DNA of 64,000 nt from Eledone cirrhosa. Its lineage: Eukaryota. A model generated the notes under the pieces. The model saw nothing but the letters and a program-made list of their open reading frames with translations. It made no database searches and was not told the origin of the DNA. Location of the stretch: assembly GCA_964016885.1 (NCBI GenBank), contig OZ024740.1, forward strand, positions 159,898,001-159,962,000, in the 5' to 3' direction. Position 1 is the stretch's first letter. Every line of letters begins with the position of its first letter. The translations under genes and the position numbers were made by a program. This document shows, in pieces, positions 14,040-26,900 of the stretch.

Positions 14040-17000
14040 ACAATTTCCCTCCCCCCCACCCCCACACACCACCATAGTCTATTCGACCAATCAAACCTAG
14101 CATGCCATTTCCACTGCTGCTGCTGCTGCTACTACCTGCCTAACTAACTCTCTCCTCCTCTGGCGCATCCCAACACACCCTGCCATTACCCCACCACCAC
14201 TGTCCTTCTAGCCCTCAATTTTCCCACCGTTATGGATGGATGAGCTGGGAATACACGAGCAACTCTGAATCAATAGATGAAATATGAATCTGCGAGCTAC
14301 CAAGCACCCACGTGAAGCGCCAACCCAGAGACCCTCCCCTACGAGTGTCGACAAATGCCCAAAACTCCGAGTTGGTACCATCAATGTAGGCTCAATGAAA
14401 GGAAGAGCAGGAGAAATCGTAGAAATGCTAGAGCGAAAGGAAGTTGATGTATGCTGTGTGCAAGAGACTAGATGGAGAGGAGGGTCTGCTAAAGTCCTTG
14501 TAGGAAAAAGCCAGTGCTACAAATTTTTCTGGGTGGGAAATGACGATGGGATGGGTGGTGTAGGTATACTATTAGCTGACAAGTGGGTAGATAAAGTAAT
14601 CTCAGTGTACAGGGTAAATGCAAGAATCATTAAACTCAGACTAGTCCTGAATAAGACAATTACCACAATAATATCAGCTTACGCACCCCAATCGGGGCTG
14701 CCAGACGAACTTAAGGATAGGTTTTACGAGTCCCTAATACACACTACTGCTCTAACAGACGACAAGGACTTCCTAATCATTGCAGGAGATTTTAACGGAC
14801 ACGTAGGTAAACACTGCGACGGCTTCAATAGAGTACATGGAGGCCATGGAGTTGGCACAAGGAATGAGGAAGGATTCAGACTTCTAGAATTCTGCGACGC
14901 CAATGACATGTCGATATGTAACACAAACTTTAAAAAACCCGACAACCACCTGATCACCTATAGATCAGGGGAGCACTCTAGTCAGTTAGATTTTATCCTC
15001 ATCAGAGGACGTGACAGATGGACGGTCGTAAACACAAAAGCCTTCCCTAGTGAGGAATGTACATCCCAACATAGCTTAGTTGTCAGCGACCTCACGGTCA
15101 GAACTAGACGAGCCCTGAAACAGAGGCCAACCTGGAGAAGAAAGATCTGGAAGCTGAAAGTCCCCTCAACCAGTAACAGATTTAAAGATATTTTACTCAA
15201 CGCCTACGACAGTAAAGAAGAACAGATAGAGACATTTAACGTAGAAGAGAACTGGGAGTTCCTAAAAAATAACTTACTAGAGGCGACGGATGAGGTTTGT
15301 GGCTGGAGTAAGACCTCAAGCAGGAGGAGAGTGACTTGGTGGTGGAACAATAAGGTAGATGAAGCAGTCAAGGCCAAGAGACAGGCATGGAAAGAATGGA
15401 AGAACGGGGGGAGCAGGGTACATTACATAGAGACCAAGAGGGAAGCTAGGCGACAAGTATACTTAGCTAGGAGGGAAGCAGAGGATAGAAAATTCAAGCA
15501 TGTTTTACAACGTGAGGACCAGAAACAGGAGGTATTCAAGATTGCGAGGCAGTGTGTCAGAGATAGTTGTGATGTCATTGGAGAGAAGTGTATCCGGAAT
15601 GATAAAGGTGAGCTTGCCCTCACAAGTGCTGAGAAGAAAGATGCATGGAAGAGTCATTATGATAGATTACTAAATGAGGAGAATGCATGGGAAGAAGAGA
15701 CCCTACCCCACGTAGACCCTATAGAGGGACCAGCAGTACAAGTCAGCGGCAGCGTAGTAAGTAAGGCAATCAGAGATATGAAGATAGGGAAGGCAACCGG
15801 TCCATCGGGTATAGCTGCCGAGATGCTGAAGGCATCTGGGTCTGTAGGTCACACTATAACCACACGTATCGTTAACCAGGTAATACTAGAGGGGGCCATA
15901 CCAAAAGATTGGTGCAGTAGCATCATTGTCAACTGCTACAAAGGTAAAGGCGATGCACTAGATAGAGGAAACTATAGAGGTATAAAGTTGATGGACCAGG
16001 TCATGAAAGTAACAGAAAGAGTTATAGCACAGCTGATTAGGGACCGGGTGAATATAGACGAGATGCAATTTGGGTTTGTTCCAGGGAAAGGCACCACTGA
16101 TGCGCTCTTCCTTGTGAGGCAATTACAGGAAAAGTACCTAGCTAAAAGTAAGCCACTCTACTTGGCATTTGTCGACCTTGAGAAAGCCTTTGACAGAGTT
16201 CCACGTGCAGTAATCTGGTGGGCTCTTAGAAAACTAGGAGTAGATGAATGGCTTGTGAAAGCGGTACAAGCCATGTATAGGGGAGCAGTCAGCAAAGTTA
16301 GGATTGGCAATGAGTATAGCGAGGAATTTAGCGTACAGGTTGGGGTCCACCAGGGCTCTGTTCTTAGCCCTCTCCTGTTCATCATAGTCCTGCAGGCAAT
16401 AACGGAGGAGTTTAAGACCGGATGCCCATGGGAACTCCTGTATGCTGATGACCTCGCACTCATAGCTGAATCTATGGTAGAACTAGAGAATAAATTCCAA
16501 ACCTGGAAGCAGGGACTAGAGAGAAAGGGCCTCAAAGTCAACATGACAAAGACTAAGGTCCTTATAAGTAGACGAGAAAACAGAACCCAGATCCCCTCAG
16601 GGAAATGGCCTTGCTCAGTATGTAGGAAAGGTGTAGGTAGGAACTCCATTCTTTGCCCCAAATGCAAACAATGGGTACACAAGAGATGTAGCGGGATCTC
16701 AGGAAGCTTAATTAAGAATGTAGGATTCACATGCAGCAGCTGTGCTGAAACAGCAAGCAAACAGCCACAGGAAACAAGTACCACCAATCTCTGGGAGGGC
16801 CCTGTAGAAACAGTAGACAGCTTCTGCTACCTAGGTGACCGAATTAGCAACGGAGGTGGGTGCTCAGAAAGTACAATAACTAGGGTAAGAACGGGATGGA
16901 AGAAGTTTAGGGAACTACTACCACTGCTAGCTGCAAAAGGCTTCTCCCTCAGAATGAAAGGCAGACTGTATGATGCGTGTATCCGAACAGCGATGTTGCA

Positions 17001-17705
17001 TGGTAGTGAGACCTGGGCGCTGAAGGTGGAAGACTTACGTAGATTAGAGAGAAACGAAGCCTGCATGCTCCGATGGATGTGTAACAGTAATATACGTGAA
17101 CGACAAAGCATAAATGAATTGAGAGAGAGACTGAGCATAAGAGGAATCAAATGCTGCGTGCAGGAGAGGCGGTTACGCTGGTATGGACATGTGATGCGTA
17201 TGAAGGATGACAGCTGCATAAAAAGGTGCAGAGCACTAGAAGTTGATGGAAACCGCGGAGTGGGGAGACCCAAGATGACTTGGGATGAGGTGATAAAAGC
17301 CGACCTTACCCAACTACACCTCTCAAAGTCAATGACACACGACCGTGACTTCTGGCGTCACGCAGTAATACAGGGTACCCGACCTCCCATGGGTACATGC
17401 TGAAGCATATAAACAATATGCCCCCCCCCCCACCGCAAGGTGGTCGTGGAGGTGCCACAGCAAAAAAGCACCCAGCCCACACTGTAAAGTGGACGTGTAG
17501 GCGCCACGAAAAAGCACCCAGCACTCACTGTAAATGAGGTTGGTGTTAGGAAGGGCATCCAGCTGTAGAAATCAAGCCAGATCAGTTCCTGTATGAGCAA
17601 GGCATGGTCAGCCGACCAGACACTGCCCACAACAGGACAACCCGTCTAACCCATGCTAGCGTGGAAGAACGGACGTAAAACGGTGATGATGATGATGATG
17701 ATGAT
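14040..17705 (+). mobile_element. Full-length, apparently intact RTE-clade LINE
   Basis: C-rich 5'UTR with CCAAT, single intact ORF, 3'UTR with tandem ~44-bp units and (GAT)n tail. The 5' end is approximate. Confidence 0.93.
14284..17403 (+). CDS. RTE ORF: AP endonuclease + reverse transcriptase with inserted PHD-type zinc finger (1039 aa)
   Basis: APE motifs (TINVG, VQETRW, SAYAP, GDFNGH, LDFIL); RT motifs (NYRGIKL, QFGF, FVDLEKAFDRV, GVHQGSVLSP, YADD); C4HC3 pattern after NMTKTK. Confidence 0.96.
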   Translation: MNLRATKHPREAPTQRPSPTSVDKCPKLRVGTINVGSMKGRAGEIVEMLERKEVDVCCVQETRWRGGSAKVLVGKSQCYKFFWVGNDDGMGGVGILLADKWVDKVISVYRVNARIIKLRLVLNKTITTIISAYAPQSGLPDELKDRFYESLIHTTALTDDKDFLIIAGDFNGHVGKHCDGFNRVHGGHGVGTRNEEGFRLLEFCDANDMSICNTNFKKPDNHLITYRSGEHSSQLDFILIRGRDRWTVVNTKAFPSEECTSQHSLVVSDLTVRTRRALKQRPTWRRKIWKLKVPSTSNRFKDILLNAYDSKEEQIETFNVEENWEFLKNNLLEATDEVCGWSKTSSRRRVTWWWNNKVDEAVKAKRQAWKEWKNGGSRVHYIETKREARRQVYLARREAEDRKFKHVLQREDQKQEVFKIARQCVRDSCDVIGEKCIRNDKGELALTSAEKKDAWKSHYDRLLNEENAWEEETLPHVDPIEGPAVQVSGSVVSKAIRDMKIGKATGPSGIAAEMLKASGSVGHTITTRIVNQVILEGAIPKDWCSSIIVNCYKGKGDALDRGNYRGIKLMDQVMKVTERVIAQLIRDRVNIDEMQFGFVPGKGTTDALFLVRQLQEKYLAKSKPLYLAFVDLEKAFDRVPRAVIWWALRKLGVDEWLVKAVQAMYRGAVSKVRIGNEYSEEFSVQVGVHQGSVLSPLLFIIVLQAITEEFKTGCPWELLYADDLALIAESMVELENKFQTWKQGLERKGLKVNMTKTKVLISRRENRTQIPSGKWPCSVCRKGVGRNSILCPKCKQWVHKRCSGISGSLIKNVGFTCSSCAETASKQPQETSTTNLWEGPVETVDSFCYLGDRISNGGGCSESTITRVRTGWKKFRELLPLLAAKGFSLRMKGRLYDACIRTAMLHGSETWALKVEDLRRLERNEACMLRWMCNSNIRERQSINELRERLSIRGIKCCVQERRLRWYGHVMRMKDDSCIKRCRALEVDGNRGVGRPKMTWDEVIKADLTQLHLSKSMTHDRDFWRHAVIQGTRPPMGTC

Positions 17706-18234
17706 ATATAAAGTTTTCTTTGCTGAATTTAAGCTGGTTAACTAAGAAAATAAGACTATTTGAATCAAGACAGTGCAATGGATTTCTAAATAGATGATTG
17801 TGCTATATATGTAGGTGTAAATACTCCCAAACTTATGACTGGATTCCTTTCCAACCAGCTAGCAAAAGTTAATATCGACATAACTTGACGACCTATATGT
17901 ATGATTGGAGGGTGGGGATATATAAATATGGATATATATATATATACACACCAAGTAACTAATAAAGTTTATCTTATTTTTTTATACCTTATTATACTTA
18001 TTTATGCAGGTATAGTTTTTGCTTTGTTGTGTATGTATGTTTGAGCAATATTTGAATTAACCTGCTGAGGCATAATGGGGGCCAAGAGAAAATGCACATA
18101 CATGTGTGTAAATATATAACTATGTAACTGTAGGTGATTGTAAATCAAATAAGTCATATTTCAGGGTATACTGAAATTTGGTTTTAAGTGGACATGTCTC
18201 TTTAGTGTACAGCTGTTTGTGTTTGTGCATGCAT

Positions 18235-18377
18235 ATGTGTGTCACATACCATCATGTAGATGTGTGTGTCATATATCATCATGTAGATGTGTGTGTCATA
18301 TATCATCATGTAGATGTGTGTGTTATATACCAGCATGTAGATGTGTGTGTCATATACCAGCATGTAGATGTGTGTGT
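18235..18377. repeat. 27-bp minisatellite, about 5 copies
   Basis: Unit ATGTGTGTGTCATATATCATCATGTAG with few substitutions. Confidence 0.9.
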
Positions 18378-19814
18378 ATGTTCATTCAAGGAAATTCAAA
18401 TGGAAAATCTTTGGAACATCTGAATTTTCACTGTACTGCTACTCAATTGGAGTTGCATGATGTGTGTTAATTTAATTTATTCTTTCTTTGAAATTGACTG
18501 GATTTTCATACATTTATTCAAATCTGTAGTTATGCATCTATAATAATAGGTACAAATGTGAACCTGTTGTAAGGATACCAGCACAGTAAATTCCATATTT
18601 GCTTACCATAGATATTTTCTTTTTTTTCAACCTTAGACGATATATTCTCATCTATTTGAAATAGAAAATGAGTGTATTGTAAAACAATTTTTGGATTGAT
18701 GCACCCACTAGCTTTGTGAGAACATCTGTCTTGAAGGATATACTTCTGCTTGCTATTATTTAAACATATCTATAAAACTAAAACATATATTTCTGTAAGT
18801 GACACAGCAGTAACAAGATTATTAACCTTTTCAATATCATATGATGTAAAATGATTGATTTCAACAATCGTTTTATATTATTGCCTTAACCTTTGTTCTT
18901 CTGGAAAGTCTGCATTAATGTTTGTCAAGTTCGTGTATTTATTCTTTTTTGTTTTTGTTTTTTCGAGTTTAATTATCAATTAGTTTTTGTCAGTGTTTTT
19001 AGTATTAATGCTCATGGTTGGTCACTATCAGTATGGTACAATGTCATGGTTTAAAGGATTAAGATGAGAAATGTTTCCTCTGGATGAGGTGCCAGTCCAT
19101 TGCAGAAAATATTTCCAGAAGGTATGATGCCTACTCTCTTTGAAGACTAGCTTGAAACATTAAGAGATTAGATAATAAAATTGGCCTAGATGATGAGACT
19201 AATTAAATTTAGCATCTCGTTTATCTCAGTTGTCATTTAATTGTTTTCAGACTTTAATTAATGCTATTACTTCTAGTAATGGAAACTTCAAATGGGAAAA
19301 ACAGTTTCTCATCAAAAGATTTGTACACATAAAAACAAATGACTAATTACATCATCATCATAACCCTCATAATTTTATATCTATTTTTCCTTGCTTGCAT
19401 GGGCTGAATGAAACTATTCCAGCACAACGTCCTTCCACATATTGCATTTTTTTTTTTTTGTCACCTCCTTTATGGTGATTAATATCCTGAGATCTGCTTT
19501 CACAATTTCTGCCAAATATGTGATTAGCTATGCAAATGAGAATAGTGTGTTAGTATTAACCTGTCATGTGCACAGCAGATGATAGTTGAATAAAGCAGTG
19601 TCAAGGGATCCAAGTGGAAAGAACCTGTAAAAAAGGAAAACATGGGAAGAAATGGGAAGGTCTGATTTCAGGAGGCTGAACCTTATCATGGAGATGACAA
19701 AAGATTAAAACAATTGGTGAGATGTTATGCTGGAGCTGAGGATGATGAGGGTGCTATTGATTAACCTATATGAAATATTTTAGAAAAGTGTGTCAGAATT
19801 TTAATTTTTTAAAA

Positions 19815-20279
19815 CCCTTTTGATATCAAACTACCTGAAACAGCCCCTGGTTTTATAATACAAAACTTTGCTTTAAAGTATTTATATTTATCTATAAAGT
19901 TTCCATCAGAATTTTATGAAAGAATCTTTAACCCTTACATTACTGTATATTTTTATTGTATTTTCAGAGAAAAGGCTTTATCTCACATAGTTATCTCAGA
20001 TAATATCGAATCTACATGATTTTGATATTATTTATTTTGAGAACAATACCTTTATGTTGGTATGAGCAGCTGGTTATGACCAGTTTGAACAGAAAGAAGT
20101 GAGAGAATTCTGGTTGGATATAGCCAGTTTAAATGCTAAAGGGTTAAGATATGTTCCAAACGCCAGCTTTATAATGAGAAAACTTGTTACATTACCAAAT
20201 CCTTCCACATTCATGATTATATCTAAAATGATTTAAAAGCCATAGGTTGTCTTTCATATAAAATATGGTAATGAACGGG
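19815..20279. mobile_element. piggyBac-like TTAA MITE with a second TTAA-flanked insert nested at 19932-20143
   Basis: CCCTTT...GGG-TTAA termini; the inner element reads TTAA-CCCTT...AAAGGG-TTAA; related sequence at 43011-44072, about 11510-11697 and about 45750-45880. Confidence 0.55.
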
Positions 20280-21851
20280 TTAATAATCATGTTACTAGAG
20301 TCTCACATAAATACATAGATTTTAGTTTTAGGTAAATGTTTATAGATCAGCTTTTTATAGTATGATGTTACTAAGATATCGTTGTTAAAAGTTCAATGTG
20401 TGTTGCATAAAAGATTCTCTTCAGTTTTTATTTGCCTGGAGAAAGGTGCTCTGCTTATAATCTCCATGGGCCCTTAGAGACCAGAGAGATCAATAACATT
20501 AATGTCCCACTTAAACTATTACAAGCCCACTCTTTTTATAAAAACATGCATGAGCATGGAGGAGTTCCAGAGGATCAATGTTCTTGAGAGGAAGGGACAA
20601 GCCTAGTTGTTAGTACAGAGTCTTGACACAACATGGATCTGTCACTGCTGATATGTCATAGGTTCACCATCACTCCCTAATGGTCAAATGTTCTAGCCAT
20701 AACCAATCCATCTTATTTTTAAACAATGTATCCAGAACTACATTATCCAACATGTCCTTCCTTTATTAATATGGTAATACCTGTGTGATTCAAGGGTCTT
20801 TTCACTGCTTTGTTGTCTCTCATTTATAAATATATTTAGTGGTTTTGTGTAGATTTGGTTAGCTTGTATTTAGGATTTTAAAATCTTGCCTGTCAAATAA
20901 TTTGAAATATGGGCATTTTAAACAATAAAATAGACATGAATAATGGGCAGAAAAAGTGTACAAATTTGGGTCCACACAATCATCAAATAACCTTCTCTTC
21001 AGAATATGAAGAGCTGAAGAAGATCACTTTGTGGTTATATAATACCAAATTTGATATCACATTGTGGGTTCTTAGGCAAGTATCATTTATTGTACACTCA
21101 GGATGACTAATATCTTGTCAGGGAAGTTTAATAGATGGAAACTGTGCAAAAAACAGTCATATGTATGTGTGATTATGCTATATCACTTTATGCTAAAAGA
21201 TCAAATTTAACCATTCAATGAGGTTGATAAAATAAGTCCTAAACTGAAATAAATACTGTAGTTGATAGACAGATAGATTAAACAACTCTTGAACAGTGTT
21301 CCAGCAGAGCAGCAGTCCAGACCCTAAAATCAGCACAAGAGTAAAAATGTATTATGTATATGCATGTTGGATTATTTTCCTTATGCGGTACCTGAGAATT
21401 ATGATTTTGTTTCACAAAATTAATATCTGAGAAGGATTACTTTTATAATTAAGAAAATTTTCTCTCCTGTTAGATGTCTTGGACTGTCTAGAGCTAATTA
21501 ATTTTAACTTTTTAAAAATAATTATTTTGGTTATTAATTTTTAAGTTTCATATTCTATAGAGTTTATAAATGGAAAGATTTCTTTAAAGCAATGGATTTA
21601 AAAAAATATATATATAATTATCTGTATCTGCAGACAGTCTCTTTTAGCAAACCATATCTCATCAGTGCAAGGAGTTAGATAATTAATTACTTTTATTATA
21701 TACAAGTAGTTAATGATGGAAGAAGGTCAGATGTTAATTATTTTTATAAAGATTGGGCTCTGTATTTTTCAGAAAGAAGGAGGGACAATGATGATTGATG
21801 TGATCATACATATGTTTATATATACATACACACAAACATACATATGTATAT

Positions 21852-22647
21852 ACATGGTGGCTGCCAACTCGTTTTCGAGTACGGCCACTACTTTATATCC
21901 ATGTAGGAGAACCCCTACCGATGCGCTGAACATGTGTGACTTTTTAGTCCAGCCAGCGACTTGAAAACTCTGGTACAAACACTACACTTGTGACAATTAT
22001 TGACACGTAGTGCTGGTCCCATGTGACGACAAGTGCAGATAGATCTCCAAATATAAAGCAATGCCTGTGCCGTGAAACTTTTATAGTGAGCAAAGGCACT
22101 GCACAAAGCCAGTCCCACTCTCTTAACCAAGATGATATTTACCAAAAAGAAGAACAAGTCAACATCATTGGATACCATCAGGGTTGCAGGTGTTATATCA
22201 GAGTTTTCCTTCTCCTAGAATTCTGCCTTGACAAAGGCTAAGGGGTCATCTCTCCCGGATATATATATACATACATACATACATACATACATACATACAT
22301 ACACATATATATATATATATACATGGTGGCTGCCAACTCGTTTTCGAGTACGGCCACTACTTTATATCCATGTAGGAGAACCCCTACCGATGCGCTGAAC
22401 GAGTGTGACTTTTTAGTCCAGCCAGCGACTTGAAAACTCTGGTACAAACACTACACTTGTGACAATCATTGACACATAGTGCTGGTCCCATGTGACGACA
22501 AGTGCAGAGAGATCTCCAGATATAAAGCAATGCCTGTGCCGTGAAGCTTTTATAGTGAGCAAAGGCAGTGCACAAAGCCAGTCCCACTCTCTTAACCAAG
22601 ATGATATTTACCAAAAAGAAGAACAAGTCAACATCATTGGATACCAT
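21852..22647 (-). mobile_element. Two direct copies (21852-22178, 22321-22647) of a LINE 3' end encoding a C2H2 finger
   Basis: Near-identical 327-bp copies; reading frame ends HKCSVCTRVFKSLAGLKSHTRSAHR*, followed by a short UTR and an (ATGT)-rich tail. Confidence 0.75.
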
Positions 22648-23637
22648 ACATACACACAAACATACATATACTTTTAAAAAAATTCCATTTCCAATGGCTG
22701 GAATAGAAATTTTTCCAAAGCTTACTTCCCCAAATACAGTTTCTTTAGTCTTCATAAACTATTTCTGATAATCAATATCAAAGTAGGGTTGAAGATGTAG
22801 AGTGAGACTTTTAGATTCCAAGAACTATAATTCATCTTTATATTGATTTCGTTCTTATCATTTGTAGCAAAATATTCTGTAAATATTCTCTTCATAATTT
22901 AGTGGTTTTTAAGTTCTATCTATCTTAGTAAGTCCTTTCTCTTTTCTTATAGAAAACTGACCCACTACTAATGAAAAAAGAAACAATTCTTGTTAGTTGT
23001 TGTTTAATCCATAGTTAATCTGTATTAAGTACACCTATTGTAAAAGGCATTCTAGCCATAACCAATGTTCTCTTTCCTATGTGCATGAGATCAAACACTA
23101 CGTTATTCAACTTGTTCTTTGTTTTAAATATGGTGGGGGTGCTATTTCTATCAGCCCAAGCCAACATGAAAGGCTCTCTTAGTATTACATATGTATGCAT
23201 TTATAGCTATGTATATATGTATATATATACACACTACACATATATATTATCACGTGGGACATAAACAAATGGTAAACGTTTTTTTAAGCAATCATGACCC
23301 CCTCCCCACACACACACACTTACACATGCACACTTATATGCAATGGGCTTCCTCACAGTTTCTGTTTACCAAACTTCACTCAACAGGCATCGGTTAGCCT
23401 AAAGCTATAGTAGAAGACACTTTTCCAAGGTGTCATACAATAAGATTAAACCCAAAAGCAGATACCCGCAAAGCAAACCTTTTAACCACACAGCCATACT
23501 TATACTAATGTTTGTGTATGTATGAGTAAGACTTTATAACAGGATCTGTCCATGCAATACCTTTTGACGTGACAAAATAACTATATCTCCAGATTGTGCT
23601 TTTTACCAGTTTAGAACAGATAAGAGCAGACAGCACA

Positions 23638-23953
23638 GCCACCACCACCACCACCACCACCATGACTACTACCACCACCACAACCATTACTACTACCAAC
23701 ATAACCACTACTACTACTACCACCACCGTCGCTAATACGACTACTACCGTCGCCACAACCATTACTACTACGACCACCAGCACTAATACGACTACTACTA
23801 CCACCAGCACTAATACGACTACTACTACCACCACCACTAATACGACTACTACTACTGCCACCACCACCACCACTACTAATACAACTACTACCACTGCCAC
23901 CACCATTACCATTACCAACATAACCACTACTACTAACACCACCACTGCTACTA
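23638..23953. repeat. Compound (ACC/ACT)n trinucleotide repeat
   Basis: Seen directly; it explains the poly-Thr and poly-Val ORFs. Confidence 0.9.
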
Positions 23954-24474
23954 CTTTTTTTTTTTTCCTGATGTGATAATACAGATCAAATATGGATTAT
24001 CATTCCATTATCAATTCTGTACATAAACCAAAATGGAACAAAATAAGAAAATAAAAGTAAAATAAGTAAATGAAAATCGGATTAATACTGGGACTTAGGA
24101 AAAAGCAAAGTCTCTGTTTTAAACAAAGAATGGAAGACATAAAATACACTGTTAAAATAAAATAAACTAGATATAGAAGAAAATATCAACAACAATAATT
24201 TGAACTGTAATAAATGTAATATAAAAATCAACAGTAGACAAAAAACTGCTGAGCTATCTACTATCTCCACTCTCCCTCCCTCCCCCTCCCTCCCCCTCCC
24301 TCCCCCTCCCTCCCCCTCTCTCTCTCTACATATATATATATACACACACATACATATGCATATATATAATATATATATATATACACATATACATATATAT
24401 ATATATCTGTATAGATATATATATATATATACATATATACATATATACATATACATACATATATACAGATATAC

Positions 24475-24515
<41 letters not shown>

Positions 24516-26121
24516 TATATACATACACACATATATATGTGTGAATGTATGTGTGTATATATATATATATGTGTATATATATAAATGAAAGTACAGAATA
24601 TATAGATAGATAGATAGAAAAATGTGGAGAAAGAAATTTGGAAATATCAGTTTAGACTAGTAAAACCATTGTTCAGCTAAAGTGTGTATGTATGAATGCC
24701 TATGTAAGTACGTATGTATATATGCATGTATGTAGTGTGGGTGTATGTCACAATTTTCTGTTAGTGACATACAGCAATAAATCAAAATATAAATTTGCTT
24801 CATTAACTGAATCATAATCATTTTTCTATGTTTAATATTTTTGTCATCCCCATTCTTACAAGCATCACCATCATTACTGGGATCACCAACACTTCCATCA
24901 TCATCATCATTGTCATCAAAAAGTTTCATATTTGCATCCTTTCACGATCTAACTATTGATGATGTGTTGTTATTTATCAAATCAACCTGAGACAAAGGCA
25001 TTTCAGTTTTTACCATCCTCTGTCCATTGTTTTACTAAGTCCAAGCAGGGAACATATTGCTGCATTATCCAATATATCCATTTAAAAAAAATGATAAGAT
25101 GAGTTGGAGGTAGCCTTAACTGTTATTTCTAGCAGATCAAACAATACTATACAGGCTACTTCAATATCTTAAATTGATGTTCTGTTACTGTGTAAGAAAG
25201 TCAAATTGAATGGATGCAGTGTGGCAGAATGGTTAAGAACTGTGCTTTGCCTTCCACTTTGTGGCATTTTGAGAAAATATCTCTCATTATAACCCAGGTT
25301 GACACAAACCTTGTGAATTAAATATAGTAGATTGAAACAACGGGGAAGCCTATTAGATGGATAGTATTTGTAATTAATTTAGAGGTCCAGTCTTTTCATA
25401 TGCAGTGTCATTGTTGATTTTACTTGAGCATTACATGTACATGTCTGTGGAATACTCAATCATTTACATGCTCATACAATGAGTAGGCAGCTCAGTTGAC
25501 TAACTGAATAATCATCACTGAAACTGATGGAAATCCCTTTTTTTTTGCCTAGAACAAGGTAACTTTAGACAGGTTTTCAAATCAATTACTGCAAATAAGA
25601 AGCAAAATGGCTTTAGCTAGGAATTGAAATCACGTCACAAAATATACTGGTCAAATCTATATTTTTATTTTGTAGTGTTTACCACAAAGTTATTTTCATA
25701 GAGAGATGATATGAACTGAATTATGTTGTTTGGATATGTAAATGTAGCATAAACAAATATTTAAGTTCTCTTCACAATCATTAAGTCAAGGTTCAAACTC
25801 ACTGTGGGGCAACTTGAGAGTCATTTACCATAGTCTAGAATCAACTGATGACTGGAAACTGTTTGGAATCATGTTGGATGGTCTGTAACTGCAATTCAAA
25901 GGGCCAGTCATGTCACATTCTGACCCATGCTGAATCTCCCAGAAAATTACATGTCTGTGGAATGTGTTGCCATTTAAATGAAGTTCCAAGGAAAATGTTC
26001 TACTATTTTAGATCAAATAACTTCGTAGAAGCTCCCTGGTAGAGTTGAGGATTAAACCATATATATATGTTTTACAGCTACTTCTGCATTTGAAATTCCT
26101 ACAATTTTATGAAAATTTATA

Positions 26122-26178
<57 letters not shown>

Positions 26179-26179
<1 letters not shown>

Positions 26180-26485
26180 TCTATGTAAAGTTATGTTGGT
26201 GCCACACCATCCAGGCCGAAACAAATGAGATCGTGTAGGTGTCACAACAAAAAAACACACAGTCCACGCTGTAATGTGGCCGTGTAGGCAACACGGTAAA
26301 AACCTCCCAGACCCACACTGTAAATGTGGTTGGTGTTAGGAAGGGCATCCAGCTGTAGAAAACCTGCCAGACAGTCCTATGCGAGCAAGACAATCACTCT
26401 TGCCTCAAGTGGGAAAACCCCCGTCCAAACCCATGCAAACGTGGAACACGGACGTTAAACGTTGATGATGATGATGATGATGATA
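26179..26485 (+). mobile_element. 3'-end fragment of the second RTE family
   Basis: Almost identical to 59141-59433; ends in (GAT)n. Confidence 0.92.
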
Positions 26486-26524
26486 TATAAAGATTTACAT
26501 ATACACAAACTAGACAGAGTTATA

Positions 26525-26900
26525 GATATGTTTTTGGCAACCATTCACGATGTGGCTCAATGATGAATTAATAAATTAAATAATCAGAGCAATATACTAT
26601 AAATTATGTCCTTAGAATCATTTGATGAGATATATACTCAGTTTCCTCTCCCAATTGGCATAATCAACCACACAAAAAAAAACCAATTAAACCAGGCTAT
26701 AAGATTAAAAGGCACCTGTGAAGAAATAATAGATAAATAAATGATAGCCATTTATTCGCGATCAACAGCCATAGAATATTTACTCATCATTTCAATAGGA
26801 CGTGGAAATCGATTAAATATATCGTCAACCATACACAATTAGTTATAAAATTAATGTTAAAAGAAAAAATGCATATACACATACCAGGATTACGTTTCAA
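26525..26900 (-). repeat. Diverged copy of palindromic-element family 3 (arm + tail)
   Basis: Closely similar to 30560-30840 and to the reverse complement of 37460-37783, including the tail. Confidence 0.65.

Noticed and set aside
18235-18377. CRISPR-like regular repeat
   Set aside because: Contiguous 27-bp units without unique spacers, no cas genes, eukaryotic context.
23505-23976. Mucin-like poly-Thr ORF and antisense poly-Val ORF
   Set aside because: Trinucleotide repeat with no supportable splice context or flanking domain.
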